NCBI GenBank assembly: GCA_038496445.1 | Contig: JALMLS010000138.1 | Coordinates: 1 to 64,000 of the forward strand | Reading direction: 5' to 3' | DNA from: Trichosphaerium sp. ATCC 40318 | Taxonomy: Eukaryota > Protista > Tubulinea | Length of the DNA: 64,000 nucleotides | In this document: positions 11,042 through 26,098 of the stretch, piece after piece | Position numbering within the stretch: position 1 is the stretch's first letter | Layout of the letters: every line of letters begins with the position of its first letter | Notes under the pieces: model-generated | What the model was told of the DNA's origin: nothing | Databases searched by the model: none | What the model saw: the letters and a program-made list of their open reading frames with translations, nothing else | Position numbers and translations under genes: made by a program

Positions 11042-13713
11042 ATGAATTATTTACGCATAGTATTGCTTACGTGCGCATGCTTGAGCATACTACAAGGTAT
11101 TCGTATTATTTGCGCTGCTTTTGGCTCATACGCTTGTTAGTGGCTTACGGAGCTTCTGAAAACGCATTTTTTGACCTAGCAACGTTTTCAGGTGCTAACG
11201 AGCCAGTTGACGCTCCCACGCACACAGACCCAAATATTATACAAGCAACTCTAAATGGCCAACAAGTCTATGTTCTGACTTTCAATACAAGTATGAACGC
11301 TATTTCTCCGTAATACTGACCATACTAGCCCTATTCGCTAGTAGCATTGAAACACTTGGATCGAGTGTATTCATCACAGAGCCAGCTGGTACGTAGATAG
11401 AAAAAAAAATTCCTGCCAATTACTAACTGCTTGTAATGTAGGCTTGCTTGCTGAAAATTCTACTTATGCACCTATTTTCATTGAAGGCGCTGAAAACATT
11501 GTTGTTCCTGAGTTTAACGGAGACGAGTTTCCAGTGTTTTATTACTCAACTACCAATTTGAAGTGGCAATACCATTTCTATCACTTTTCTACAAACACAA
11601 ATGTACATGAACTAAAAATTATGTTTTGGTTTTTTTTTTTCTTTTCACAAAAACTAGTCAAGTGCAACAAGATTAACACAACTACATAGTCTTTTGAGAG
11701 GAATGATACAACTATTAATGTGGGTGTATTGGGAAATGAAATTTCTTTATTCAATGCATTTCAAGGCACGTGATAATCCAATACACTAAAACGAAAGTTG
11801 TAACTTTTTTTTGTTTTTAGTTGGCAGTGACTTCCTTGTATATGCTCGCAATACCACTAAAACTTACATGTACTCTATTACAAGGCATCAAGATCCTGTT
11901 GAGACTTTTAACGGTACCCTTGTTTACAAAATGTGGGTTTGTATTCTTAGCTTGTTTTAGAAACTGAAAGTTTCGTGCGTGAAGACAGGATAACCTCCCT
12001 TGTACAAGTTGAACCAGGATGCTTTGTACAGGCCCGAATTACTGGTAATTGGATTACTATGTTCTTTTACAGTAACAATTCCAAGGTATGTTAGCATTTG
12101 AAGTGTTTGTTGTTCACCTCTTTGTTTTTTAGCCTTATAGCGAACAAGCGTCAACAGTGGGCGAGCTGACAGGTCTCAGTATTGCTTTCAACGATGAAAC
12201 AAACCACGTGCAAACGTATACTACAGCTGCTGGAGGCGCTACAGCAGAAACACATGGTTACACGTGCTTATCTGACTTTAATACTGTGAGTGGTGATGGT
12301 GTCAGTACCAGTTTGAATAAGGTCAAGCCTGTTGGTGTTGGCAGCTCGACAATCTCCGAATTCGTTCTTATTGGAGAAGATCAATTTGGAGTTATTAGCT
12401 TTCAAACTGATTTAAACGTAACAGAAGCGTTTGTAGGGACTAGTGCTCTTACTACCATTGAGGCTACCTTTAGCAAAAGCCAATGTCAATTGGTCGTTGT
12501 CACACAAGACAACAGCACCATTCATGTAGGTGTTTTTACACCTTCTTTTGGTATTTTTACTTGCGATTGTACGTGTAACTATAGAAATATGTTTGTATCC
12601 TAATCGTTGTATAATAGTGCCACCAACAACTGCTCCACCAACCACAAATGCGCCAACTACAGCTCCTACTACTAGCGCACCAACTACAATTGCACCAACT
12701 ACAATTGAACCAACTACCGCTGCACCTACACTCGAACCAACCGCAGCAACAAATTGTCCACCGGCAATTACCCCAAGTGTACGTTGCATTCCCTTTTTTT
12801 TCTGTAGTCATTAATTATGTCAAAGATTCAACCACGCTTGGATTGCATTATTACAACGGACCAGATAATTATACAGCCGTCCTAGGGTGGGATACAACTG
12901 TACGATAGTTTATAGCCACAAAAATCACTGATAACGAGGTAGTTGTCATCTGTAGACATTTGTTATGGATCAAGCAACAGTATAACACCAACACCTTTGG
13001 ACACTTCAATTGTGCCAACACTATTTGAAGGAAGTGCGGCCTTCTTCCCTTCAACTGAACCTTTCCGATACGATTTTGATGGACAATCAACATCTTGGAC
13101 ACTTGGCGAAGGTGTTGTAACATTCTCAAGCGCTAGTCCAGAGTGTATAATAGACGGTATGTAATTTCATATCAACTGTTGTTTTGACTTGGATTGTAGA
13201 GGTGACAATTGACTTTAACCTTGATGCTCCATTCCCGCTCCCAGATAGTGACCTTAACACTATTGGAACTGTTGTAGCTACAGATTTAAATGTTAACTTG
13301 AGCGATATAACTGTTAGCCAAAGAGCAACACCAAGCTCTAAGAGACAAACAAGTACAACTGTTTCTGTAACAATTGCAGGTATTACATTTTTTTCTGAAT
13401 TACAACAATGTGTTCTTAACCCAGCTTGTACAGCAGGAGGAAATCAAAATGTGGCAACCACTGTCGGCACTTATTTGAATGATGACACAGCAGTACAACA
13501 AACAATAGCTACCCTTGCAGCTCAGGATGTACAAGTCACTGTACGTGCACACTAGTAGTTGATTTAACTAACCACATATAGGGTGTTACAGTAGCTGAGC
13601 CTAGCACTGTCACTCGGGCAACTGTTATAGACCCTTCTCCAAGTGCATCACATAGATTACGATACTGTATCCTCTTGGTCGCCCTTTTAACAGTATTATG
13701 TGGCTTACTTTGA
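11042..13713 (+). CDS. Secreted, probably GPI-anchored mucin-like surface protein, paralogue C
   Basis: Signal peptide MNYLRIVLLTCACLS, PTT-rich stalk, C-terminal domains shared with B, hydrophobic tail ILLVALLTVLCGLL; TGA 13711-13713. Confidence 0.8.
12618..12775 (+). repeat. Coding low-complexity repeat (APTT-type mucin stalk)
   Basis: Encodes PPTTAPPTTNAPTTAPTTSAPTTIAPTTIEPTTAAPTLEPT. Confidence 0.85.
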
Positions 13714-13755
13714 GTCACTAATTAATAAAATAACTTTTTTCTTGTTTTATTTTTT

Positions 13756-16108
13756 TTAGATGACATCTATTTCCTTTGTAAAAACACGCTCCATTGGCTT
13801 GAAATAGCAATAAGCATCAACACCAAACAGTTGAGCAATTTGTACAATAGTTGTTTCTCCAGGAGCCATTGATTCACGCGCAGTAAGATGTAAATGTTTT
13901 AAAGAAACTAGATACTTCAAGGAGTCAAACAATGCTTCTGGCTCGAAGCACTTTTGGTTTTTCTGTGATACGTCGATAGTGAGTGTCTCAAGTGTTGATA
14001 GTACAGTGCAATGTTGAGTTAAGAACCAAGAAGCTTGTGTTGTACTCTCAGCAATGACACTGACATGTTTTAACGAAACAAGATTACACATGACCTTGTG
14101 AATGTCCAAATGTTTTCTTGACGAGCCATCAATATTAATGCTCTCTAAATGAACTATATGCTTAGCATATGGTTTCAAGAGTAAGTTTATAACTAAACCA
14201 CATTAGCAAAACTCAACAATAAGTAGATAAAATCAGACAACGACGATGTCAAAAAAAAAGCAAGTTATTAAGGTTTTGATTCAGTGAAGTGGAAGTGTCA
14301 TTTTTCGTGATAACGTACAGGTTCTGTTGAATCTTAAAGCGCCTGCTCGGATATATAGCTTTGCTAGATTATCTTTTTTACATTCTAGTGACTCCATAAA
14401 CTTTGCAACAGAAGCATTGTTAAAGCCAAAATCAACATCAAGTTCACGCAAGTTTAACACTGAGAACATATTAGCAAATTGTGCTTTATGCACCATGCAA
14501 GAAAAATTTATGCTCATTTGAAGTGCTTTCAGGTTTGGAAACATTTTTGGAATACGTTCAAGTGTATTAGACTTTCCAATATTCTCAAGACTCAAAGAAC
14601 TAACACTCCTAGTGCAAACGTAAATACATAACAAAATCAAATAAAAGAAGCCAAAAGTAGTTACGTCAGTTTAAGTTCACGCCGCACAAGCTCCACAGCA
14701 AAAGCATCGATTACTAGAGTAACTTGATTAAGACTTAGAATAGTAGTCAAGCACTCTATCCACCAATCCATACCCAGTCTAAAAACCAAAACATTAGAAC
14801 CGCAGTCCAACAATGACATAGAAAATAAATTTTGAAACTTTATGTTACACCACACGTGCATGTGACATAAAAAAAAAAAAGAAGTTCGTTTGAAAATATT
14901 ATATTCTTCGTTATCACAAAAATCAATCAACCGTACCTGTGATCCCATAAATAACGCATATCAATACGCTTTAAGCTTACTAATTTTGGTATGATCTGAA
15001 TATTTTCTTCAATCGATTCAGTCGAGAATGCTTCCCATAGATTAATACTATTTATATTAGGTAATACCCTGAGTATATCCTTTGCTTGAGAAACTTTAAA
15101 TCTCATCTAAACCATCGAGTCAACTCAAAAAAATACCAAAAAACCAACCAAACAAAAATAAAAGTAGCAACATAGACAACGAACCTTTGGCATGTTAATA
15201 ACGAACTTGACAGGTGTTTGTAAGTGTGATAATATCCACGTTTTATCAGGTGCACATTGCGCACTCTGTTGTAGTAAACAAACATGCCCCAACCTCTTAA
15301 AAGTACTTTGTATGAACGCCAAATCAGATGGATGTATTTCTTTTGTAAGCCAGTCAATATGAACAACATTTTTCATCTGAGTAATGAGGCTATTTTGGGA
15401 CAACCGCCTGTGACAAAGTAATAATCTCTCCACTGCCGTAATTGCAAAGAATCTAGCACGCTTTGCAACTTTGAAAAGAAAAAATGTTAGTAGGAGCAAA
15501 CAACACAGTTGTGATCAAAAAAAAGCATGTTTGGTTTTTTCTTGGTCTGTTCGAACCAATCGTGTCACGTGGTCGACTCCGCTTTGGGGTATTTTAATGA
15601 CTTACCTAATAATAAAGCTGCAAGGGTTCTCATTGATTCTTTGGCACGTTTGGTCTTTGAACCCTCGGCAGAGCCTAAAGTGTAGTGTACCGCCAAATTC
15701 CATATCTTTGAAATCAGTTCGGAGGGTAATATTTTTAATGGGTTAACTTTAGTTCCAGATGGGTGTAGGTAACGTAATTTGCAATATGGATGCGCTAGCC
15801 ATTCCTGAAAAGTGTAAATAACTGTTTTGAGCTGTTTTTTTATTGTAGTTGTATAAAAGACGTTTACGTACCTTAGTACGGTTTATAATGAGCGTTCGTT
15901 CCATATTAAGGCGCAATGCGTGTGATGCGTCTTCATAGTTTACACCAACACCGTTTAACAATTCTTTGATCTATACATACGTTAGCAGGCACCTGTACAA
16001 CATTTTGATGATTTGTAAAATACATACGATGTCTCTGTTTGTTCTTTGTCGCTTATTAGCTTCGCCTTCAGTATCACAGAGGTCGTCTAGTTTCCTCTTT
16101 ACACTCAT
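13756..16108 (-). CDS. Putative F-box/LRR-like protein
   Basis: Spliced model starting MSVKRKLDD, with F-box-like PLKILPSELISKIW and LRR-like LxxLxL strands (FPNLKALQM, LNLRELDVD, LSTLETLTID, LVSLKHLHL). Confidence 0.6.
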
Positions 16109-16462
16109 TGCGTACTTACTCTACAATTCGCAAAACAGAATGGAAAGTAACACCTCATTTTCTGAAAACGTTTGACTTAATCGGCTATTGTCTTTCTAAA
16201 CTCAGACTTTTCCCAAACAATACTAGTTGTTTCTTAAAAACGAGGGTACGGTTGGAACTTAGTAAACAATACTTTGTTGCAACGTGCCAACAAATAATAG
16301 ATACATCACGTGACGAACAAATCTTTAGGCGAAAATTTTAGTGATTTCATCTATAAATACAAGTTAAACATTAAGCTTTGATTCTCACAAAGGATGGACA
16401 CTGAAGATCTTTCTTGTCATCATTTGTAAACTATATACAAAAATCTGTGCATGGTCACGTGA

Positions 16463-18772
16463 TCAAACGTTATCAAAATCTACGATAAAACGCAATAGGA
16501 GTTGAGAAGCCTAGAAGTTGTTATTTTGAAAATCACGATCTGTTTTCGAACCTCAAATATAACGAACTCGTCGTATGTAGGCACATTACTTGCTGTTGTG
16601 ATACCCAAGAACAAACTATCTATATTCATATCATCCTTATTCTGTGGTATAACTGGTATATGATGAGCATCGTAGTGCTTATAAGCCTTATTTTTAACCA
16701 GCTTTAGCATATCTGTGCCAATCTAGAAAAATCGTCAGTTACGCTTGCTCATAGCTTGATTTAACAGAATCCTCCTTACCACAGGATACACGTTCTTAAT
16801 CACAGCATTACATAGTAATAACCGAGTGCAATTGGCCTGAGCTTTTGCTGCATAAGCTGCTTGGAAAGAAGTATAAAATCCATCTCCAAACAAACCTGTA
16901 TTCAAATGTAAGTACTCAGTAGATTAGTTTCTCGTGCGTGCCTGTTTTTATCATATCTTGTGAAAATCCTTCTTTACAAATGGTGAGAGTATCACCATCA
17001 GCAGGAGCATACCAAACCCATAAAACATGTGCGCCATTTTCAGTTGTTTGGCAAATGTAAGACTGAGTGCGCATACTGACCCTATTACGTAAATCAATAT
17101 CGTTCTCGTGCTGCCACTCGGGTAGAGCAATCTCCGTTTCTTAAAAAAATCGTAAGTAACCTGTTGCATAGCAGTGGCTTATACAAGGAAAAACTACGAA
17201 CCTAGGTGTTCAATCGTCTCGACGAAATGTGCGATTGTCACTTCGTTATGTATAGCCATGATTTGGTTTATTTGTCTATGCCCTGCGGTCTCACCAAACA
17301 ATCCTTTAATGAAGTAAAAGTCAAGAGGGAATGAATCAGTGACTGTAATCTCTTTGAAGCCATGAATAGTTTGTTTCCAATTCGCACTTGTTGCCAACCT
17401 CTCAGAGCAATTCCAGGCATTCAAAATCCCAATCTTACGTCTCATATGTCCAGGTGTTAAGCAATCTATCTTTGAGTGGAGAAGTGCTACAGCATGCTTT
17501 TGGTCGTAGACTTCTTTTCTCAAAAAGTTGATAGCTTTATGTTGAACTTTCACGTGTGCTTTCAAATCGTTGTACGCTTTTGTTTGTGCTTGGACTTGCT
17601 TATGTAGCTCAAGTAGCTTTTCTAAAACAACCTGATCATACTTGCTTGTAGACCCTTTTGGCGTAGCGTCATCTGTTTTAGCTTTTTTGCCCTTGCCGGC
17701 GCTTTCACGAAGCTCTTTGCTGATTGGTGCATTTTTTAGTGAAGCAATAATTTTGTTTTGGTTTAGCATTTCTTCACGCAGTTGAAGCATTAAATCTTGC
17801 ATTGATGTGAATTGTTTAAACTGATAGCTTGCCCATACACTTATCAATGATTCTTAAAACTCATCAGACGTTGAAGAAATAAACAAAACAGAAAAAAAAA
17901 AAAGAAAAAATTAGAGTACCAGACATATCAAAAGGCGTTTGGTTTTTTTCGTTAGTTATGGACAAATCAGCGCCTGCTTTTATGAGCAGCGTTAATATAT
18001 TCAAGTCATCCTTTGAAGCTATAAAACAAGTGAGAACAGTACACTATTTAGTAAATTAAAATATCTTTCGAAAAATCTTACCAGCACAATGTAAAGGCGT
18101 CCAGCCATTCTTCTTCTTAGCGTTGACATTACTACCAGCTTCTACTAAAATCTCAAGCGCATCCACTTGTCCAGTTTCGGCTAGTACATATATTAATCAA
18201 ACACTTTATCACGTGGATAATCACGTGCCTGCTCGATGTAAAGCGATAGCTCCCTGATCATTTTTTTTATTAACGTCTGAGTTTGCTTCAACAAGAGCTA
18301 TGATACACTCTAGACTTCCTTTCATTACTAAAACATATTAGGTAAAGGCGAAAGTCGTGAAAATGTACAACAAACGCGGTGTTTAAATGCCATTCTCACC
18401 TGCTCTGTGTAGTGGCGTCGAGCCAGAAAGCGTCAGAGCGTTTACATTTGCGCCATTTTCGATGAGTACTTTGACACACTCTGCTTCTCCTTTGTATGCT
18501 AAACTCACGTGTCATATCACGTGTTGAAGTATAAAGAAACGAAATTTCAAAGCATAACAATGAAATAAGATTAAAATGAGCCTACCTGCGTTGTGCAATG
18601 CTGATTCGCCATAAAACGTAGCGTCAACTTTAGCTCCGCGTGATATAACTTCAGCAAGTTTTTCAGAGTTACCTGCACCAGCTACGTTGTATAAGAGAAA
18701 CTTGTTGGTTATTTTTAGCATACCAGTATCGTATAGAATACGATCTAAGGGCATAAACCATGTAGACGACAT
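16463..18772 (-). CDS. Ankyrin-repeat + coiled-coil + PARP-like ADP-ribosyltransferase-fold protein
   Basis: Ankyrin motifs (GESALHNA, GSTPLHRA, LHRAAETG, GWTPLHCA); C-terminal VLWVWYA..ICKEGF..GLFGDGFYTS..NVYPV..YDAHHI..YDEFVIFEASQLL; TGA 16463-16465. Confidence 0.8.
18210..18227. promoter_or_regulatory. Intronic CACGTG-N6-CACGTG dyad (double E-box/G-box)
   Basis: cacgtg-gataat-cacgtg; same spacing at 18506-18523, 26705-26722 and 62364-62381. Function is inferred only. Confidence 0.5.
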
Positions 18773-19322
18773 GCTTCCTCAAACAAAGAACGGTAAAGCG
18801 GTATGAAATGTAAAGACCAAATTTGCAGGCGAGTTATCGACAAAAACTCCGTTTATGCTTGCGCTATGTGCACGCCGCTAGTGCGTTGGACCTTGAAAAG
18901 GTTGTTTTTAGAATGCCACGTGTTAGTAGTTTTTAGCTCAGGCAGGTATCGATTCGTAGTGTATTTTTGTATCAGCAAAACAGTTGTGGTTGCAGCGTTC
19001 TCTCGTCACTTATGTACACCACGTGTTGTCTTGCCAGTGAGTATTTTATATTACGAAATTTCGGCTGTGCAATGTAGGATAACAGTAGCAAAGTGGTTAA
19101 CGGGGGCGACAGCGCTATTACGACGGACCACATTCACACGAACTAGCGAGGTGTTTGCGAAAGCAGATTTTCACGCAAATGTTTGACGCAATATGGTTTG
19201 CCAGCTAACCCTAGCTTTCACTGTAGCTCCCATCTCATAACGAAAAATGCAACCTGTGCTACTTGACAACTTCCATTGAAGAAATTTTCTGACCTTTTCA
19301 TTGTTCGTGTAGTACTGCTCAA

Positions 19323-21012
19323 ATGGCCTACTGGGGTCCAAATTCTACCAAAAGAAAGACCCGTAAGCTACGAAACCGAGCGAGGGTTTATTGTGATGTA
19401 AATCAACATCGACCAAGAGAATATTGGAACTACGAGAATCTCACTGTACAATGGGGGTACGAGTTGGCACTGCCGTAGACGGGTTTTCTCTATTGAATAA
19501 TTTATTTTGGAGTAACAATCCTCCAGTACTAACCTACGCACTCTAGTGATCAAGATGATTACGAAATCGTTAGAAAACTAGGACGTGGAAAGTACAGCGA
19601 AGTGTTTGAGGGCGTTAATCTCGCCAACAACGAGCGCTGCGTAGTGAAGATATTGAAACCAGTGAAAAAGAAAAAAATCAAGCGCGAGATAAAGATACTG
19701 CAAAATTTATGTGGTGGCACTAATATTATCAAACTACTGGACGTTGTTCGCGACTCGCAATCAAAAACGCCTTCCCTCATCTTCGAATACGTCAATAATG
19801 TTGATTTTAAAATATTGTACCCTACATTCACAGACTATGATGTGCGCTATTACATGTATGAACTACTGAAGGTACGTAATTTGCAATCCACCAACTTTTT
19901 CTGTTTATTTTTTTTTACGGCACCGCAAACGCTAGATTTTGCACCATTTAGCCCTAAAACTCGCTCTACACCATACTTTTATCGGCTCTTCTCTTTTTTA
20001 ATTAGTACGCCCCTAAAATTACCCTAGGCACTTGATTTCGCTCACAGTAACGGTATGCTGAATTAATGGACGGAGTTCAAATGATTACCCGTTTTTTTAA
20101 ATGTTTTGTTTTTATACGCTTCGAGTTTTTCACACGCTTACACTACTTCCCATCAGGTATAACGCACAGAGACGTTAAACCCCACAACGTAATGATAGAT
20201 CATAAAAAGCGACAACTTCGTCTTATTGATTGGGGTCTTGCTGAATTCTACCACAAGGTAAGGAAAAGACTGGTTTACATACACCTTTAACGCCAAAATA
20301 TAAAAAAAGCTATTGACTGATAGCCGTTTTTGTGTGGTGTTTCTTTATGGTTAAAATTATGCTTGTTTTTTTAATTGTGGATTCCAACTTAAACGCGGCT
20401 TAGGACCAAGAATACAATGTCAGGGTCGCTAGTAGATACTTTAAAGGGCCAGAATTATTAGTTGATATGCAAGATTACGACTACGCACTTGATCTATGGT
20501 CATTTGGTTGTATGTTCGCTGGTATTGTACGTGCCTGTTGGCGCTTTCTTGGCACCTTTTTTTGTGTGCAGTGCTGTTCTCACAATCTCCGTTTAGTTGT
20601 TTCAACGCGAGCCAATTTTCCGTGGTATGGATAACCCTGACCAGCTCGTTAAAATCGCCAAGATTCTTGGTACTGATGAGCTAGATGCTTACTTGGAGAA
20701 GTACGGCCTTTCTCTTGATCCTCAATACAGAGCAAAGATTGGACGTCACGCAAAGAAGCCATGGAAGAAATTCATCACCAGGTATGCACTTGGCACTAAT
20801 TCAATGGCCCAACCTCATTACAACATCCTCCAGTTGGGGTTTTTATTTTTTTTTGTATTTGTTAACGTTTTACGTGCAGTGAAAACCAACGCTTGGCTGG
20901 TATCCCAGAGGCAATAGATTTGGTAGATAAACTTCTACGTTATGATCCTCAAGAGCGATTGACTGCCAGAGAAGCAATGGAACACCCATACTTTCTCCCT
21001 CTTCACAAATAA
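19323..21012 (+). CDS. CSNK2A: Casein kinase II catalytic subunit alpha
   Basis: [63 protein letters not shown]; stop TAA 21010-21012. Confidence 0.97.
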
Positions 21013-21208
21013 ATTATGATAAACTGTTTTGTAATTAATTCAATAAAGCAAACTAGTGGGTTGATATTGCTTGGGTCTTTTTTCTTTCGTGTTGTACTCT
21101 ACACAACAGCATTTAACGCTTTTTTACCCTTAAGTCTGCAAAATGGACATGTTAAGCCATGTAGCGTTGTGAAGACAAACTTTTTGTAATAACCCTTGTT
21201 ACACAGCA

Positions 21209-23246
<2,038 letters not shown>

Positions 23247-23702
23247 AAAGGACCAAAAAACCCAAAATCTCCAAACAAATTGCACAAAAAAAAAAAAAAA
23301 GATGAAAAAATGGTTGATGTTGTCACAGTGTGTTATGGATGTACTGTGCGTTTTAAACACGAGAAAATGCAAAATTAGGTGTACTACTATTATACCCACC
23401 TTGTTGTGTGCGAACTTTAATAATTGTAAAAAAGATAAAGTTTCTCGTACTCTCTTTTGTCTTTGTTTATTTGAGTTGTCACGTGTTATTGACGTACCAA
23501 AGTGCAACCATACTTGAACTAGTACAGTAGTACCTTTGCGTGCTTAGAGCTTTGCAGTACTTTATTACAACACGTGGGTTCCCACTAGCCCTCGGGAAGT
23601 CATTTTTTTTGTTAACAAAAGTTTTAAGTTTTCTGCCCCACTTAAAGTTCTGCAGTAAATCACAACACTTCAACGGCTCGAGAGAAACAACCGCGAACTA
23701 CA

Positions 23703-25060
23703 ATGGAACAATTTAAAACATTCACCGCCATGACGTACAGCGGTCAAGGAAAAGGTTAACATTAACTTTTTTTCTTTCATTACCTTTTACTTACAAACGT
23801 ATTTGCTAGCTTTCTTGAACGCGTACTGGAATGAAATGCAAGGTATGAGTTTTCTAGTATTTGTAAATGCGATATGAGGCGTTTTTAGTGACGTTGAGTA
23901 GGCGAGACAGCAGAGGCTGTTTGGAACTGGAGTCATAAGTTCGCAGAGCTTGATCTCGATAAAGCAGACAAAGGCTCCGATTTGGTGAGTGCTCCTGTAA
24001 TACTCTATGTCTGACTACGTGATAGGATGAGTTTAACGCTCATAGATTCCTCGAGAGCTTGAAAGAAACCAAAACAGTAAAACAAATGCGAACAGAGCTT
24101 TCTGCTGCTGATTTGGATTTCAACAAGAGGTTTGTATTGATTTATTCCACGTGATAAGAATACGGGTTCTCAATTCATTTTTAGAGTAGCTCTCATCGAG
24201 TATTGCCTATGGAGACATGGTAAAAGTATTGAAGACTTCGTAAAACGCCCTCAAGTAAGGATAAAGCGAGATACCAGTCGACTAAACAGTTTTTTAAGGG
24301 TGATAACCAAGAGGAAGTTGAAAAATGTCAGAAACTTCTTGAAGTCGCTTTGGCAGCTGTTGAGGAGTCTACCTCTAAACTTGCAGAGTCCAGAAGACTA
24401 GCAACCGAAGCAGCTACTGCTGAGCGCGAATTAACGGCTGCTCTTGCTGATTTGAAAGCACAAGAAGATGCGTACAATAACAAAACTGAGACGTTAAAGA
24501 AAAAATCAGAAGAAGGAGGCGTTGTATCCAGGTAAAAATTATATGATCACGTGCCATCAGTTAATTTTTTTTAATTAGGAATCGTGCTAAGAACGAACTA
24601 TCTCAACATTTGGCTGAGGATCCTCTTCCTTTACGTTCGGCTAAGATAACTACAGGCACGTGATTTTTTCTGGAAAACCCAAAAATAACTATGACAATGT
24701 TACTTTTGTTTTTTCTCACTGCCTTTTAGAGGCTGCAAAGAGAAAAGCTGAAAAAGCGCGTAAGGAAAATGAAGCTGCAGCAGAGGCTGCTGACGTTGCG
24801 CTCAAACAAGCGAGGAAAGACTTTGCCGCAGCTGAGGTACTTATTTAATTCTGGTTTTATCTTGTGTAACGTTTATTTCAGCAAGCTCTCACTGAAGCCA
24901 AAGAGAACTCTGGTAACGGCCAAGGCATTGGTAAGTAGCTAATAACTTGCAATGAGAAATTGATCTAATCATTTCAACCTTAGTTTGGTGGATGGAACGC
25001 GATCTGCATGAAGCCAAAAAGTATTTGCCTACTGCCAAAGGTGGTATCTCCAAAAAATAG
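23703..25060 (+). CDS. Calcium-regulated actin-bundling protein (ABP34/AbpB, 'TolA-like') family
   Basis: FLNAYW near the N-terminus, EF-hand-like DLDFNKRVALIEY, Ala/Glu/Lys coiled coil, C-terminal GIVWWMERDLHEAKKY, resembling my recollection of Dictyostelium ABP34. Confidence 0.85.
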
Positions 25061-26098
25061 GCGTAATGTCAACAACAATAAACTGTGTACACCCTTGAAG
25101 TATCAATCACGCTTTCGATCATTTAGCCTACTAACCTCAACGGTTTGGTTTGTTTGGTGAAAAAAAACTATTAACAGAAAGCAATCTTTTGATTGTGCTG
25201 TTTAGTAACTGCGTGCGTACTACTTTTGAACGAAATGCACGTGTTCGGCATAGTGTAAATGTAGAATTTTCGGTCTCACTTGGGGTATGATTGTTAGTAA
25301 CGTTGTGTGCTGGTTGAAGAATTAAAGACAAATGGCAAAACCCGTTTGCTACTATTTGATGTTCTTGTAGTTGCTAAACCCACAACGTGTACCACCCTCC
25401 ATATCCAATAATTTTCAAAAAACAGAAGCCCAATCTCTCGGAGTAATCATGTTATACGATGCTCACTGACGACACAGAACCATCTTCACGTTTACTTTCT
25501 TTTTCTTGGTCTTTTTTTTTGTTTTGAAATTAAAAATTCAATTAGTCGCATGTGCGCGTTAGTCGTATAGATAGTACTAATACCAAACCGTATCTTCGTC
25601 TCTATTGTGTACTGAAAAAAAGATAAGTTTATAGACCCACCCCACGTGGTAGGACTGTACAGCGCTCCAGTAATTAACATAATATTAGTTGTATTCTTTG
25701 CGGAGGTCAGGGTGCCACACACAATCTCGTACACTCAAAACAAGACACAATATCTTCGCCCAAGTGAAATGTTCTCACGTTTTCAGATATACCACATATG
25801 TTACAAAGGTATACAGTGCTCTAGAGCTAATTCAAACCCAAAGAAATCGTGCAGAGCCAAAAAAAAGAATGTGTTGTAAAACGACACGTTACCGGTCTTG
25901 ACCGTACTCCGCTTTCGCTCTACGCCTACCTATCTTGTATCTCGTATGTGCTACTATGCTATCAAAGCGTTTTGAGTGTTTTATTAGCCACAACCATGCC
26001 GAGATTGTGAATCTCATTTTCTTTTTTACCAACCAGATAATTTCACTCGCAACAAGAAGAGCAACACAACCCTCCTCGAGATAACGAAATAAACTACA

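Noticed and set aside
12412-12811. Minus-strand Val/Gly-rich and Cys/Trp-rich ORFs
   Set aside because: Antisense shadows of the PTT mucin repeat of gene C.
18803-19186. 127-aa plus-strand ORF
   Set aside because: Lies in the divergent promoter region between the ankyrin gene and CK2, with no motif support.
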